Below are positions 18,405-28,077 of a stretch of DNA of 64,000 bases, in pieces. The translations under genes and the position numbers were made by a program. A model generated the notes under the pieces. The model was not told the DNA's origin, searched no databases, and was given only the letters and a program-made list of their open reading frames with translations. The first letter of the stretch is position 1. Every line of letters starts with the position of its first letter. Origin of the DNA: Bdellovibrionales bacterium (GTDB lineage: Bacteria; Bdellovibrionota; Bdellovibrionia; Bdellovibrionales; UBA1609); assembly GCA_041690295.1 (NCBI GenBank), contig JAWLHR010000003.1, positions 140,953-204,952 on the forward strand. The letters are read 5' to 3'.

Positions 18405-19714
18405 GTGATTACCTTCGCGATGAGCGGTGCGGCGGCGCTCGGTTGATGCTCGATCACATAACTATTTTCAATTTCGTTAAGCGCGAGATTCAATCCGTGA
18501 TCCAGATTGTAATGAATATCCATGAGCCGATCACCCGTCTTCACCGGAGCTCCATTCTGGCAGTACACTTCAATTCCCGCCGCGTGATCGATGGGATCTC
18601 CCTTTAAGCGGCGACCGGCGCCCAGATGAATACAGGCGTTCCCAACTCGTTCAAGATCGGTAAAGCGGAAATAACCATCGCGCTTCGCGGTGATCGTGTG
18701 GACTTTTTTGGCCACGGGAAATGATTCTGGAAGGCGTCCGTTTTGGGCCTGACAAAGCTCTTCGAATTTGCGCAACGCCGATCCGTTATTCACCAGATCG
18801 CGCGCCAGTAAGCGGGCTTCTTCCAAATTCTGGGATTTTCCGCCGAGGTGGATCATGTGAGCGGACAATTCCAAACTCAGTTCCAGCGTGTCGGAGTAAT
18901 CCTTGCCGGGCGCGGAACTTTTATGGCCCTTTAAGATGTCCAGACATTCGCGCACTTCCAATACGTTGCCGACAAAGCGGCCGAGCGGTTCATCCATGCG
19001 GGTCAGGAACACGGCGATTTTTTTGCCAAAGCCTTCGCCGACCTCTTTCAAGCTTCGCGCGAGCGCCTCGGCCTCGGGCAGAGTTTTCATGAAGGCGCCG
19101 GATCCGAATTTCACGTCGAGAACCAGAGCGGAGATGCCTTCCGCCAGTTTTTTAGAGAGAATGCTCCCGCAGATCAGAGGGATGGACTCCACAGTGCCGG
19201 TCACATCGCGAAGCGCGTAGAGTTTGCGGTCCGCCGGACAAATTTCTTCACTCTGTCCGATGATGGCTGTTCCCACGGTCTCCAACTGCTTAATAAATCT
19301 CTCCGTCGACAATTGAACTTGAAAACCGGGAATGCTTTCGAGTTTGTCCAAGGTGCCGCCGGTGAAAGCCAGGGCGCGACCCGCCATCATCGGCACCGGA
19401 ACGCCCGCCGCCGCGACCAAAGGGGCGATGATTAAACTGGTTTTATCGCCGATGCCCCCGGTGCTGTGTTTGTCAACCGGTGATGGAAACCGGCTCAAAT
19501 CCAGCACCACGCCGGAGTCACGCATCTCCTGAGTCAGCCAGACTGTTTCTTCCATTGAAAGTCCGCGCCAGCAAACCGCCATCAACCAGGCGGCCATCTG
19601 ATAATCCGGAATGCGGTTCTGCGTGAATTCACGGATCAAAAATTGAACTTCTTTTTGATCGTGGCGGCCGCCATCGCGTTTTTTGCGAATCAGCGCGGCG
19701 GGAATAAAGGTCAT
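18401..19714 (-). CDS. deoA: Thymidine / pyrimidine-nucleoside phosphorylase
   Basis: IRKKRDG..., DKHSTGGIGDKTSL and AGRALAFTGGTLDKLESIPG motifs. 437 aa. Confidence 0.9.
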   Translation of the reverse strand: MTFIPAALIRKKRDGGRHDQKEVQFLIREFTQNRIPDYQMAAWLMAVCWRGLSMEETVWLTQEMRDSGVVLDLSRFPSPVDKHSTGGIGDKTSLIIAPLVAAAGVPVPMMAGRALAFTGGTLDKLESIPGFQVQLSTERFIKQLETVGTAIIGQSEEICPADRKLYALRDVTGTVESIPLICGSILSKKLAEGISALVLDVKFGSGAFMKTLPEAEALARSLKEVGEGFGKKIAVFLTRMDEPLGRFVGNVLEVRECLDILKGHKSSAPGKDYSDTLELSLELSAHMIHLGGKSQNLEEARLLARDLVNNGSALRKFEELCQAQNGRLPESFPVAKKVHTITAKRDGYFRFTDLERVGNACIHLGAGRRLKGDPIDHAAGIEVYCQNGAPVKTGDRLMDIHYNLDHGLNLALNEIENSYVIEHQPSAAAPLIAKVIT

Positions 19715-20394
19715 CGATGCAAACCCTCCTGAACGGCTTGATTCATGATGTGAACACCCGAGCTGGTGCCGATGCGAGTGGCGCCGGCGTCAACCATCTT
19801 CATTAACGTGGCCAGATCGCGAACGCCTCCGCTGGCCTTCACGCCGATGCGCTCGCTGACCGATTTCCGCATCAAACTCACCCACTCCGTTGTCGCGCCA
19901 TCCGGACCGAACCCCGTTGAGGTTTTAACGAAATCCGCGCCCGCGTCCTCACAGATCTTGCAGCCTTCGATGATCTCCTGGCGGGTGAGGAAACAAGTTT
20001 CCAATATGACTTTCATTACGCGGTCGCGCGCGGCCTTACGAACATTAGTCAGTTCGTCCGCGATCAATCGCCAGTTTCCGTCGCGGGCGGCGCCGATATT
20101 AATCACCACGTCGATCTCATGCGCCCCATCGGCGAGCGCGCGGACCGTCTCAAGCGTTTTGATTTCCATTCGATTGGCGCCAAGTGGAAAGCCGATCACG
20201 GTGCCGACTTTCACCGGCGTGTCCTTGAGATGCTGAGCCGCCTGGGCCACGCGATAGGGTTCCACGCAAACCGAGGCGAAGTTAAATTGCGCGGCCTCCA
20301 GGCAGAGTTTTTCAATTTCTTCTTGTTTGGCGTCCGGTTTGAGTAAGGTGTGATCAATCAGAGCGGCGAGCGCGCTTTGCGTTAGGCGGAGCAT
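19711..20394 (-). CDS. deoC: Deoxyribose-phosphate aldolase
   Basis: ALIDHTLLKP, GTVIGFPLG, and FVKTSTGF with the Schiff-base lysine context. 227 aa. Confidence 0.9.
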   Translation of the reverse strand: MLRLTQSALAALIDHTLLKPDAKQEEIEKLCLEAAQFNFASVCVEPYRVAQAAQHLKDTPVKVGTVIGFPLGANRMEIKTLETVRALADGAHEIDVVINIGAARDGNWRLIADELTNVRKAARDRVMKVILETCFLTRQEIIEGCKICEDAGADFVKTSTGFGPDGATTEWVSLMRKSVSERIGVKASGGVRDLATLMKMVDAGATRIGTSSGVHIMNQAVQEGLHR

Positions 20395-20436
20395 AAAGTC
20401 CTTTCCAAACTACCTTGGTCATCCTACCTTTGTAAA

Positions 20437-20736
20437 ATGGAGGATCAAACCAAACACTACTTGATTTCAGGAAGAGTGCAAGGTGTGGGATTTCGAATGT
20501 TTGTTCACTCCAGAGCACGGGAGCTTGGCCTGAAGGGGTGGGTCCGCAATTTGGCTGACGGACGAGTCGAAGCCGTCGCCCGCGGTTCCGCTGATCAATT
20601 GAAGCCATTTGAAAACGCCATCAGGACAGGTCCCTCGCGCGCCATCGTCGAAAGCGTGGTGACCGCCGATTGGAATCAATCATCCGAGTTCGCGGATTTC
20701 ACCGTGGAGAGAGACGGAGCCGAACCATGTTCATAA
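20437..20736 (+). CDS. acyP: Acylphosphatase
   Basis: YLISGRVQGVGFRMFV...GWVRNLADGRVEAVARG is the classic acylphosphatase signature. 99 aa. Confidence 0.9.
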   Translation: MEDQTKHYLISGRVQGVGFRMFVHSRARELGLKGWVRNLADGRVEAVARGSADQLKPFENAIRTGPSRAIVESVVTADWNQSSEFADFTVERDGAEPCS

Positions 20737-21110
20737 GAAGTTTTTTAATTATTCTGGCAATCACTGTGGCGATCGGTTCCGTTCCGGCGTTCGCGCAGCG
20801 GACCGACAAAGCCAACCAATCCGTCTCGCAAGGGCCCCGCCGCCACTTGGCGAATATCGTTTTCGCGGGTCTTGCCGGCGCGGTGCTGGGACTATCCACA
20901 TTGAGCTTTTACGGACGTCCGCAGGATCGCTTGTCGAATATCGCGGTGGGTTTCGCCGTGGGCGTGATCGCGGGAACGCTTTATTCCACCTACAAAGCGG
21001 CGGCAGAACCGAGGGAATTTTACGGGCTCTCGCAGCTGAACATGACTCATCCGCTCTTATTCACCGATCAAAACCCGGTTCCGCAAGCGCGGTTCACATT
21101 CGAGTTCTAA
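20727..21110 (+). CDS. Small secreted/membrane glycine-zipper protein
   Basis: Start at ATG 20727 (MFIRSFLIILAITVAIGSVPAFA signal peptide). Two G-x3-G-rich hydrophobic segments. C-terminal FTFEF. Confidence 0.5.
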   Translation: MFIRSFLIILAITVAIGSVPAFAQRTDKANQSVSQGPRRHLANIVFAGLAGAVLGLSTLSFYGRPQDRLSNIAVGFAVGVIAGTLYSTYKAAAEPREFYGLSQLNMTHPLLFTDQNPVPQARFTFEF

Positions 21111-21112
21111 GA

Positions 21113-22312
21113 TTATTTGATTTTTCTAATCAGATTGCCGGCGATGCCACCGCCCGCCGCCGGTTTGGCCGATGATTTATCATCGACGCCGTGGATGACC
21201 AAACCGCTGTCTTTAGCGATGCCCGCCACCTTCACGGTATTGGCTGGAGTCTGGTTGGCGTTGAAGGTCGCCTCTTTCTTTTGTTTTTTCCCCAGGAAAG
21301 TATCGGCGACGAGTTTGTCGATTTTGCCTTCTTGCACCAATTTGTTCAGGTGAAATTCGAAGGTCATCATTCCCATATCCATTTGCGTTTGCATGATGGA
21401 CGGAATCTGGTGGGTCTTCGACTCGCGAATCAAGTTGGCGACGGCGTGGGTGTTGGTCAACACTTCATAAGCCGCGACCCGACCCGGTTTGTCGACGCGG
21501 GGAAAGAGTGATTGCGCGATCACGCCGCGCAAACTTTCCGACAGCATGGTTCGGACCTGAGCTTGTTGTGACTGCGGGAAAACGTCGATGATACGATCCA
21601 CGGTTTTGGGAGCGTTGTTGGTGTGAAGAGTTCCAAACACCAAGTGTCCGGTTTCAGCGGCGGTCATCGCGAGCTGAATCGTCTCCAAGTCACGCAACTC
21701 ACCCACAAGGATGATGTCGGGGTCTTCACGAAGCGCGGCTTTCAGCGCGTTCGCGAAGGATTTGGTGTGGCTGCTGACCTCACGCTGATTGATGAGCGAC
21801 ATTTTGTTTTCGTGAACGAACTCGATCGGATCTTCAATGGTGATGATGTGTTCTTTTCTCGAAGTATTGATCTCGTGGATCAAGGCCGCGAGTGTGGTCG
21901 ATTTACCGGATCCGGTGGGGCCGGTCACCAGCACCAAGCCTCGGGGCGTGTCAATCATGTCCAGAATCATCGAGGGAAGGTTCAATTCCTTGGCGCTTTT
22001 GATGTTCTCGGGAATCACCCGAAAGACGCCGCCCATACCTCGTCGTTGCATGAACACGTTCACCCTGAAGCGTCCCAACCCTTTGACATGGTAGGAAGTA
22101 TCGAGCTCCCACTGCTCCATGAACGAGCGTTTTTGTTTTTCGGTGATGATTTCAAATATCAATGCTTGGATGGCTTCGTTTTCCAGTGCCGGCATATTCA
22201 AGGCCACCATTTCGCCGTGAATACGGAAATAGGGTTGGCTTCCGGCGGAGAGGTGCATGTCAGAAGCGCTTTTCTCGATCATCAGCTTGAACAATTTATC
22301 AATCTCAGCCAT
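21113..22312 (-). CDS. pilT: Type IV pilus retraction ATPase PilT with about 50 aa C-terminal extension
   Basis: Walker A GPTGSGKSTT, Asp/His boxes (ILVGELRD, GHLVFGTLHTN) and AVANLIRE. Extra K/A/G-rich tail after residue ~345. Confidence 0.88.
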   Translation of the reverse strand: MAEIDKLFKLMIEKSASDMHLSAGSQPYFRIHGEMVALNMPALENEAIQALIFEIITEKQKRSFMEQWELDTSYHVKGLGRFRVNVFMQRRGMGGVFRVIPENIKSAKELNLPSMILDMIDTPRGLVLVTGPTGSGKSTTLAALIHEINTSRKEHIITIEDPIEFVHENKMSLINQREVSSHTKSFANALKAALREDPDIILVGELRDLETIQLAMTAAETGHLVFGTLHTNNAPKTVDRIIDVFPQSQQAQVRTMLSESLRGVIAQSLFPRVDKPGRVAAYEVLTNTHAVANLIRESKTHQIPSIMQTQMDMGMMTFEFHLNKLVQEGKIDKLVADTFLGKKQKKEATFNANQTPANTVKVAGIAKDSGLVIHGVDDKSSAKPAAGGGIAGNLIRKIK

Positions 22313-22391
22313 GTCAATTTATTCGGATTATTGGCCTGTGCCCTTGAACGCGGAGCTTGTGGCTGGACCTAAGTTTGGATAAACTTGGGCG

Positions 22392-23915
22392 ATGGCCGCA
22401 GAAATCTTAATCAATGCCCGCCCCAATCTCACCCGCGTGGCCTACATCCAAGATGGCGAGCTGAACGACCTTAAAATCGAACGCAAAGGGTCTCCGACCT
22501 TGGTCGGGTCCATTTATCGAGGGCGCGTGGTTCGCGTACTGCCGGGAATGCAGGCGGCTTTCGTGGATATCGGTCTGGATCGTGCGGCGTTCCTCTATGT
22601 CGCCGACGTGCGCACCGACCTTGAGTCGGGACCACGTCTGTATCTGGATCACGACGAAGACGAAAACTCCACCTTGAACGAAAAAGAGGAAACCCATCAG
22701 GCCCATATCCAGGATCTGCTGCATGAGGGCCAGATCATCATGGTGCAGGTCGCGAAAGACCCGTTGGGCACCAAAGGCGCCAGGATCACCACGCACATCT
22801 CGCTTGCGGGCCGTCATCTCGTTTACATGCCCACCATCGACCATCTTGGAATTTCACGCCGGATCGAAAACGAACAGGAGCGTGAGCGATTGAAGAAACT
22901 GGTCGAGCAATTGAAGCCGAAGGGCGGTGTGATCATTCGCACGGCCTGCGAGGGCGCGAGTCTCGAGGACTTGAGCAATGACCTCGATTATCTCAACCGG
23001 ATGTGGACCGAGATCGAAAAATCATTCGAAAAGAAAAAATCACCGGGTTTAATTCACGCCGAGATCGACGTGGAGTTGCGGGCGCTCCGTGATCTTCTCA
23101 ATGAGAAGGTGACCCGGGTGATCGTGGATGATCAAAAGGTTCATAAGAAAGTGCTGAACTTCATCAATCAGTTCATGCCCAAGCACAGCAAAGCCGTGAT
23201 CCTGCACACCGGACCGGAGCCGCTGTTTGATCTTTATGACCTTGATTTGGAGATTTCCCGATCACTGGACCGGAAAATCTGGCTGAAATCCGGTGGCTAT
23301 ATCGTGATTGATGAAGCCGAAGCGTTGGTGGTTATCGACGTCAACACGGGTCGATTCGTCGGCAAAAAGGACCTTGAGGACACCATTCTCAAGACGAATC
23401 TTGAGGCCGTGAAAGAGATCGCCCACCAGCTGAAAATCCGAAATTGCGGCGGCATCATCATCATTGATTTCATCGATATGGAAAAAGCCGTGCATCGGGA
23501 GAAGGTTTTGTCCCAGCTTCAGCAGGAGCTGGCCAACGACATCGCCAAGACCACGGTGGTTTCGATGTCCGAGCTGGGGCTGGTGGAGATGACCCGGAAG
23601 CGGATTAGACCCAGCCTTGTTTCCTCGCTTTGCGAGCCTTGCACCTATTGTGAGGGCAAGGGTTATATCAAGCGAAGAAGTACGGTTGCGCAGGAAATAT
23701 TCGTGGCCCTCGAGCGCGAAGTTTTAAGGGGTAACGGCAAGGACGGCGCGAGCGCGATCGTGCGCTGCCATAGCGCGGTCGCGGATTGGATTTACGAGGA
23801 AGAGCAGGAGTCACTGGAAGCCATCGAAGCGAAAATCCAAAGGCGCGTCGTCTTCAAAGTCGAGCCCAACTACCACATTGAACAGTTCGAAATTGATCGA
23901 ACGATCTCTTCTTAG
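22392..23915 (+). CDS. rng: Ribonuclease G / Rne-Rng family endoribonuclease
   Basis: N-terminal S1 domain (GSIYRGRVVRVLPGMQAAFVDIG), DNase I-like region (VIDVNTGRF, IIIIDFIDM) and Zn-link CxxC (CEPCTYCEG). Confidence 0.88.
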   Translation: MAAEILINARPNLTRVAYIQDGELNDLKIERKGSPTLVGSIYRGRVVRVLPGMQAAFVDIGLDRAAFLYVADVRTDLESGPRLYLDHDEDENSTLNEKEETHQAHIQDLLHEGQIIMVQVAKDPLGTKGARITTHISLAGRHLVYMPTIDHLGISRRIENEQERERLKKLVEQLKPKGGVIIRTACEGASLEDLSNDLDYLNRMWTEIEKSFEKKKSPGLIHAEIDVELRALRDLLNEKVTRVIVDDQKVHKKVLNFINQFMPKHSKAVILHTGPEPLFDLYDLDLEISRSLDRKIWLKSGGYIVIDEAEALVVIDVNTGRFVGKKDLEDTILKTNLEAVKEIAHQLKIRNCGGIIIIDFIDMEKAVHREKVLSQLQQELANDIAKTTVVSMSELGLVEMTRKRIRPSLVSSLCEPCTYCEGKGYIKRRSTVAQEIFVALEREVLRGNGKDGASAIVRCHSAVADWIYEEEQESLEAIEAKIQRRVVFKVEPNYHIEQFEIDRTISS

Positions 23916-24400
23916 TAAGCCCGCTCCAGCGGTTCCGGCTGTCCTTCGAGCTTCAATTGATCCTCGTGTAAACTGTATTTGAGCGCGTGAATCTCCTCAC
24001 CTAACGAAGCCTCGCATTCGACTTGATTTTGCTCATTGGTGATGGATTGGGGTTCAAGAAACGAAATCTTGCCGGAGGTCACCTCAACCTTGGTTTCGAC
24101 GAAGGCGGAAGCCCGGCGCTGACCGTCCTTGGAGGTGCACTCGGTTAAGAGCCCGGCCTTATCTTTGCCGAAAAAGAAGGTGTAGCGGACGCTTTCTTCT
24201 CCGGACACCTGAACCGGGACACGCCAGGCTCCAAAGACCGATTTGGCCGATTTGGGGTAGGCATTTTTATAGTCGTCGACGGTCGCGACGGGCTCTGGGG
24301 GCGGCGTCGGGGCGGCTTTGGCGGAATCCCCTGATTTTTTGCACCCCGCCAGCAGGCCTACGGCTAAGGTCAAACCAACGATCAAAATGCGATTTGTCAT
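23912..24400 (-). CDS. Lipoprotein of unknown function
   Basis: Signal peptide plus lipobox LLAGC. 162 aa. Its stop codon overlaps the rng stop on the opposite strand. Confidence 0.55.
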   Translation of the reverse strand: MTNRILIVGLTLAVGLLAGCKKSGDSAKAAPTPPPEPVATVDDYKNAYPKSAKSVFGAWRVPVQVSGEESVRYTFFFGKDKAGLLTECTSKDGQRRASAFVETKVEVTSGKISFLEPQSITNEQNQVECEASLGEEIHALKYSLHEDQLKLEGQPEPLERAY

Positions 24401-24631
24401 ATATCTATCCCCCTTCGGGCATACCCCTAACCAGCGAAAATCATTCCATACCGCTCTCAGCTTAAAATGGCCTAAAATGGGGGTTCAGCGGCTTAATTTG
24501 TCACCTTGTCAGTGGGCGTTGCCGTTTTACGTAAGCCGCTAAAGCCAAGGGTTTAGAGGCTTGACACCCTAAGGCGTAGCATGGCAATCAGGTCTATTCC
24601 ATTTTACGACAAGGCTCTGGAGGTATCCCAA

Positions 24632-25204
24632 ATGTACGCCATCATCAAAACGGGCGGTAAACAATACACCGTCAAACCCGGCGATATCGTTCGCGTTGAG
24701 AAATTAGATGCCGAGTTGGGGGCGGAATTAAACCTCAAGGACGTCTTGTTGGTCGGCGGTGAAAAAACTTATGTCGGCGAGAACATGGGAAATGCGGTGG
24801 TCACGGTGGTCGTCACCAATCAAGCCCGCGGACCCAAGGTTGTGATCTTCAAAAAGAAGCGCCGTCAAGGGTATCGCCGCACGGGTGGACATCGCCAGCC
24901 GTACACTGAGCTTTTCGTGAAGTCGATCACGACCCCGGAAGGTCAGACGGAAAAAGCGGACTCCACGCCGGTGGTTTTCGATCCGGAAAAGAAAGCCGCG
25001 AAGAAAGCCAAGGCACAAGAAGTTCGCATGGCGAAAAAGGAGCGAAAGAACAAAGGTGAAACGGTGGAAGCCGCCGAACCCAAGGCGAAAAAAGCTTCCC
25101 CCAAAGCCAAAAAAGCGGCTGGCAAAAAAGCGGCGAGCGCCAAGCGCAAGACCGCGAAGAAGCCGGCGGCGAAAAAGGCCGGAGCCAAGAAGGCCAAAAA
25201 GTAA
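24632..25204 (+). CDS. rplU: 50S ribosomal protein L21 with a long Lys/Ala-rich C-terminal tail
   Basis: MYAIIKTGGKQYTVKPGD... core. ATG 24632 is preceded by GGAGG. About 85 extra residues of AKKA/KKAA-type repeats follow the core. Confidence 0.9.
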   Translation: MYAIIKTGGKQYTVKPGDIVRVEKLDAELGAELNLKDVLLVGGEKTYVGENMGNAVVTVVVTNQARGPKVVIFKKKRRQGYRRTGGHRQPYTELFVKSITTPEGQTEKADSTPVVFDPEKKAAKKAKAQEVRMAKKERKNKGETVEAAEPKAKKASPKAKKAAGKKAASAKRKTAKKPAAKKAGAKKAKK

Positions 25205-25221
25205 TCGGTAAGAGGTGAAGA

Positions 25222-25482
25222 ATGGCATCAAAAAAAGCAGCAGGTAGTACAAAGAACGGACGGGACTCACAGAGTAAACGCCTCGGCGTTAAGCGATTCG
25301 GCGGACAGTTGGTTCGTCCCGGCACGATTTTGGTTCGCCAGCGCGGCACCAAATTTTATGTCGGCCGCAATGTTCGCATGGGACGGGATCACACGATTTA
25401 TTCGGTGATTGAAGGTCAGGTTAAATTCGAGCGCCTTAACAAAAGTAAGTTTAAGGTAAGTGTTTATCCGAAAGCCTCGTAA
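25222..25482 (+). CDS. rpmA: 50S ribosomal protein L27
   Basis: [42 protein letters not shown] is the canonical L27 sequence. Confidence 0.95.
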   Translation: MASKKAAGSTKNGRDSQSKRLGVKRFGGQLVRPGTILVRQRGTKFYVGRNVRMGRDHTIYSVIEGQVKFERLNKSKFKVSVYPKAS

Positions 25483-25515
25483 TTTTGAATTCTTCAGCAG
25501 GTTCAGGTTTCGCGC

Positions 25516-25547
25516 AAAGCCCAGTCCGTCCGATTGGGCTTTTCTTT
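25516..25547 (+). terminator. Hairpin plus T-tract between rpmA and obg (terminator/attenuator)
   Basis: AAAGCCCA ... TGGGCTTT followed by TCTTTTATT. Confidence 0.4.
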
Positions 25548-25557
25548 TATTAAGCCT

Positions 25558-26583
25558 ATGAAGTTCATAGATGAAGTCACCATCACAGTGAGTTCGGGAA
25601 AAGGTGGGCCGGGAGCGGTGAGCTTTCGTCGCGAGGCACTCGTTCCGCGTGGCGGACCCGATGGTGGCGACGGCGGTAAAGGCGGCGATGTCATAGTCAA
25701 AGTGGATCCGCGACTTCATTCCCTGCTTGATCTTCGATTCAAAAAGGAATATCGCGCCGGCGATGGTGAGCCCGGGCAGGGTCGTAACCGATCGGGCAAG
25801 GATGGCGATGATCTTGTGCTGAATGTGCCGCCGGGAACCGTCATCAAAACCAAAGACGGTCAGATCTTGCATGATCTGGCTGAAGGCCAAACTGTCGTTC
25901 TTTTGGAAGGGGGATTGGGCGGCAAGGGAAACACCTTTTATAAGTCAAGTGTGAATCAGGCGCCGACCATCGCGCAAAAGGGCCTGCCCGGCAAGGAAAT
26001 GGAAATCCGCCTTGAACTCAAGCTTCTAGCGGATGTGGGACTCATCGGACTGCCCAATGCCGGCAAGAGCACCCTTATTTCGCGCATGTCATCGGCCCGA
26101 CCCAAAATCGCTGACTATCCGTTCACCACGCTTGTGCCGAATCTCGGGGTGGTTCGATTCGCCGATAATCTTTCCTTTGTGGTGGCCGATATTCCCGGAT
26201 TGATTGAAGGTGCGCACGCGGGCGCCGGACTGGGCATACAATTTCTTAAGCACGTCGAGCGTTGTCGGGTGCTGGTCCACCTGGTTGACGCCAGTTCGAT
26301 GGCGACCAAAGATCCGATCGAGGCTTATCACGAGATCCGCCGCGAATTGGAACTCTATGATGAATCCAAAAAGGACGAAGAAGGATATCAACCGTTATCC
26401 ACACGGCCCGAAATTATCGTCTTGAACAAGATTGACGCGAACTCCGAAGAGAACCTCACTGTCATTCGAAAGCAGTTTAAATCCAAGGGACTTCAGTTTT
26501 TTGAAATATCAGCCGCCACTGGCAAGAATGTTAAACAATTAATCGATGAGCTCGGTCGGAGAATATTCAATGAAAAAGCTTAA
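25558..26583 (+). CDS. obg: GTPase Obg/CgtA
   Basis: MKFIDEVTITVSSGKGGPGAVSFRRE, glycine-rich Obg fold, G1 GLPNAGKST and G4 NKID. Confidence 0.93.
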   Translation: MKFIDEVTITVSSGKGGPGAVSFRREALVPRGGPDGGDGGKGGDVIVKVDPRLHSLLDLRFKKEYRAGDGEPGQGRNRSGKDGDDLVLNVPPGTVIKTKDGQILHDLAEGQTVVLLEGGLGGKGNTFYKSSVNQAPTIAQKGLPGKEMEIRLELKLLADVGLIGLPNAGKSTLISRMSSARPKIADYPFTTLVPNLGVVRFADNLSFVVADIPGLIEGAHAGAGLGIQFLKHVERCRVLVHLVDASSMATKDPIEAYHEIRRELELYDESKKDEEGYQPLSTRPEIIVLNKIDANSEENLTVIRKQFKSKGLQFFEISAATGKNVKQLIDELGRRIFNEKA

Positions 26584-27568
26584 GCTCGGTTTGTTCGGAG
26601 GGACCTTCGATCCGTTGCATTTCGGACATTTGAACAGCATGCTCACTGTGGCCGAAAAATTCCGCCTCGATAAAGTCATGGCGATTCCGGCCAATATCAG
26701 TCCGCTGAGAGTGCAAACCCAGGGTTCCACTCCTGAACAGCGGCTCAAGATGCTGGAACTCGGGATCAAAGGGCACGAAGACTTGATCACCATCGACACC
26801 CAGGAAATGGAGCGCGGTGGGATCAGTTTCACCATCGACACCGTTCGCAACTACTTATCCCGTGATGACATCGCCGAATTGTATCTGATTATCGGAATGG
26901 ATCAGTTTCTTAAGTTCGACCAGTGGAAGGAGTTCGACCAGATACTGGCCAATGTCGATCTCGTCGTCACTTCGCGACCGGGTCTTGAATTACCGCAAAC
27001 TATGGATGACTGGCCGGTCGCGGTTCGCGCCCTGGTGGCGGATGTGGATCGCAACCAAGCCATGCTGAAGAATGGGAAGAGCATTCACTTTGTCCAACTT
27101 AATGATGTCGATGTCTCAGCCAGTGAAGTGCGAAGAAAGGTGCGGCTCGGACAAAGTATCCAAACGGATGTTCCTCCGGCGGTGGCCGAATACATCCGCG
27201 AACAAAAACTTTATGAGTCCGTGCAACAAAGTATCGGCGACTTTGAAAAGTTCACGCAGTATTGCGCTCAGCTTTTGACTGAAAAAGGCGGCGTGAACGT
27301 CCAGTCTTTTGATTTGCGTGACCGCTCGGCACCGTCCGAATTCACCCTTATCGCTTCGGGCACCAGTACCCGTCATGCCACCGCTTTGGCCGAACATGTG
27401 ATTAAGGAAGTTAAGAAAGACTACGGCGTGTGGCCTGAAAGTTTGGAAGGGCAAAACGAAGGCCGCTGGGTGGTGATTGATTACGGCGCTCTGATCATTC
27501 ATGTGTTTTACGATTATGTTCGCAGTGAGTACCGCCTTGAGGAACTTTGGAGTTACCGGAGGCAATGA
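26570..27568 (+). CDS. nadD: Fusion: nicotinate-nucleotide adenylyltransferase (NadD) + ribosome silencing factor RsfS
   Basis: N-terminal GLFGGTFDPLHFGHL (HxGH) and ...VSASEVRRKV...YIREQKLY. The C-terminal ~115 aa (FTLIASGTSTRHATALAEHV...WVVIDYGALIIHVF...YRLEELW) are RsfS/iojap. One uninterrupted ORF. Confidence 0.8.
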   Translation: MKKLKLGLFGGTFDPLHFGHLNSMLTVAEKFRLDKVMAIPANISPLRVQTQGSTPEQRLKMLELGIKGHEDLITIDTQEMERGGISFTIDTVRNYLSRDDIAELYLIIGMDQFLKFDQWKEFDQILANVDLVVTSRPGLELPQTMDDWPVAVRALVADVDRNQAMLKNGKSIHFVQLNDVDVSASEVRRKVRLGQSIQTDVPPAVAEYIREQKLYESVQQSIGDFEKFTQYCAQLLTEKGGVNVQSFDLRDRSAPSEFTLIASGTSTRHATALAEHVIKEVKKDYGVWPESLEGQNEGRWVVIDYGALIIHVFYDYVRSEYRLEELWSYRRQ

Positions 27569-28038
27569 AGTTCAAATTCGTTTTCCTTGAAACCAAGGCG
27601 CCCTCCTGGGTGAATGAAGCGCGTTCCGAATACCAAAAGAAAATTTCTCCTTTTGTGCCTCTTGAACTGCGAACCCTTAAAAGCCCATCCGCCGAGCGTG
27701 ATGAGCGAGCCATCAAACGGACGAAAGAGGGGCGCCTCTTATTGAAGGAATTCGAACCGAAAGATCTGGTCATTTTGTTCGATGAAAAGGGAAAGCTGGC
27801 CCGCTCTTCAGAGGAATTTTCCGAAAAGTTAAACCGGGTCATCCAATCCGCGAAAAGCCAGGCCGTTTTTTGTATCGGTGGCGCCTACGGATTTTCGGAC
27901 GAAGTCCTGGCCCGCGCCGATGAGCGTTGGTCGCTTTCGCCGTTGACGCTCAATCATTGGCTCGCGCAATTGGCGGCACTGGAGCAGATCTACCGGGGGC
28001 TCACCATTCTGCGCGGAATTCCCTATCATAATCGCTGA
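27565..28038 (+). CDS. rlmH: 23S rRNA (pseudouridine1915-N3)-methyltransferase RlmH
   Basis: SPOUT family; CIGGAYGFSDEV...LSPLTLNHWLAQLAALEQIYR. ATG overlaps the upstream TGA (ATGA) and is preceded by GGAGG. Confidence 0.88.
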   Translation: MKFKFVFLETKAPSWVNEARSEYQKKISPFVPLELRTLKSPSAERDERAIKRTKEGRLLLKEFEPKDLVILFDEKGKLARSSEEFSEKLNRVIQSAKSQAVFCIGGAYGFSDEVLARADERWSLSPLTLNHWLAQLAALEQIYRGLTILRGIPYHNR

Positions 28039-28077
28039 TTCCGTTTACCGGATGTCGCGGACGTCCTGGGTTAACGA

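Noticed and set aside
20670-20726. N-terminal extension of the 146-aa ORF overlapping acyP
   Set aside because: The internal ATG at 20727 gives a clean signal peptide. The upstream part overlaps the well-supported acylphosphatase gene in another frame.
23912-23915. Overlapping stop codons of convergent genes with no terminator (rng/lipoprotein; also OMP/hpt at 32249-32255)
   Set aside because: This is a common consequence of compact genomes. No additional structure or conserved motif was seen that would make it a regulatory feature.
24728-25352. Minus-strand ORFs (180, 141 and 84 aa) over the L21 tail and L27
   Set aside because: They are produced by the reverse complement of the K/A-rich repeat (giving F/L/R-rich strings). 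They overlap canonical ribosomal protein genes.
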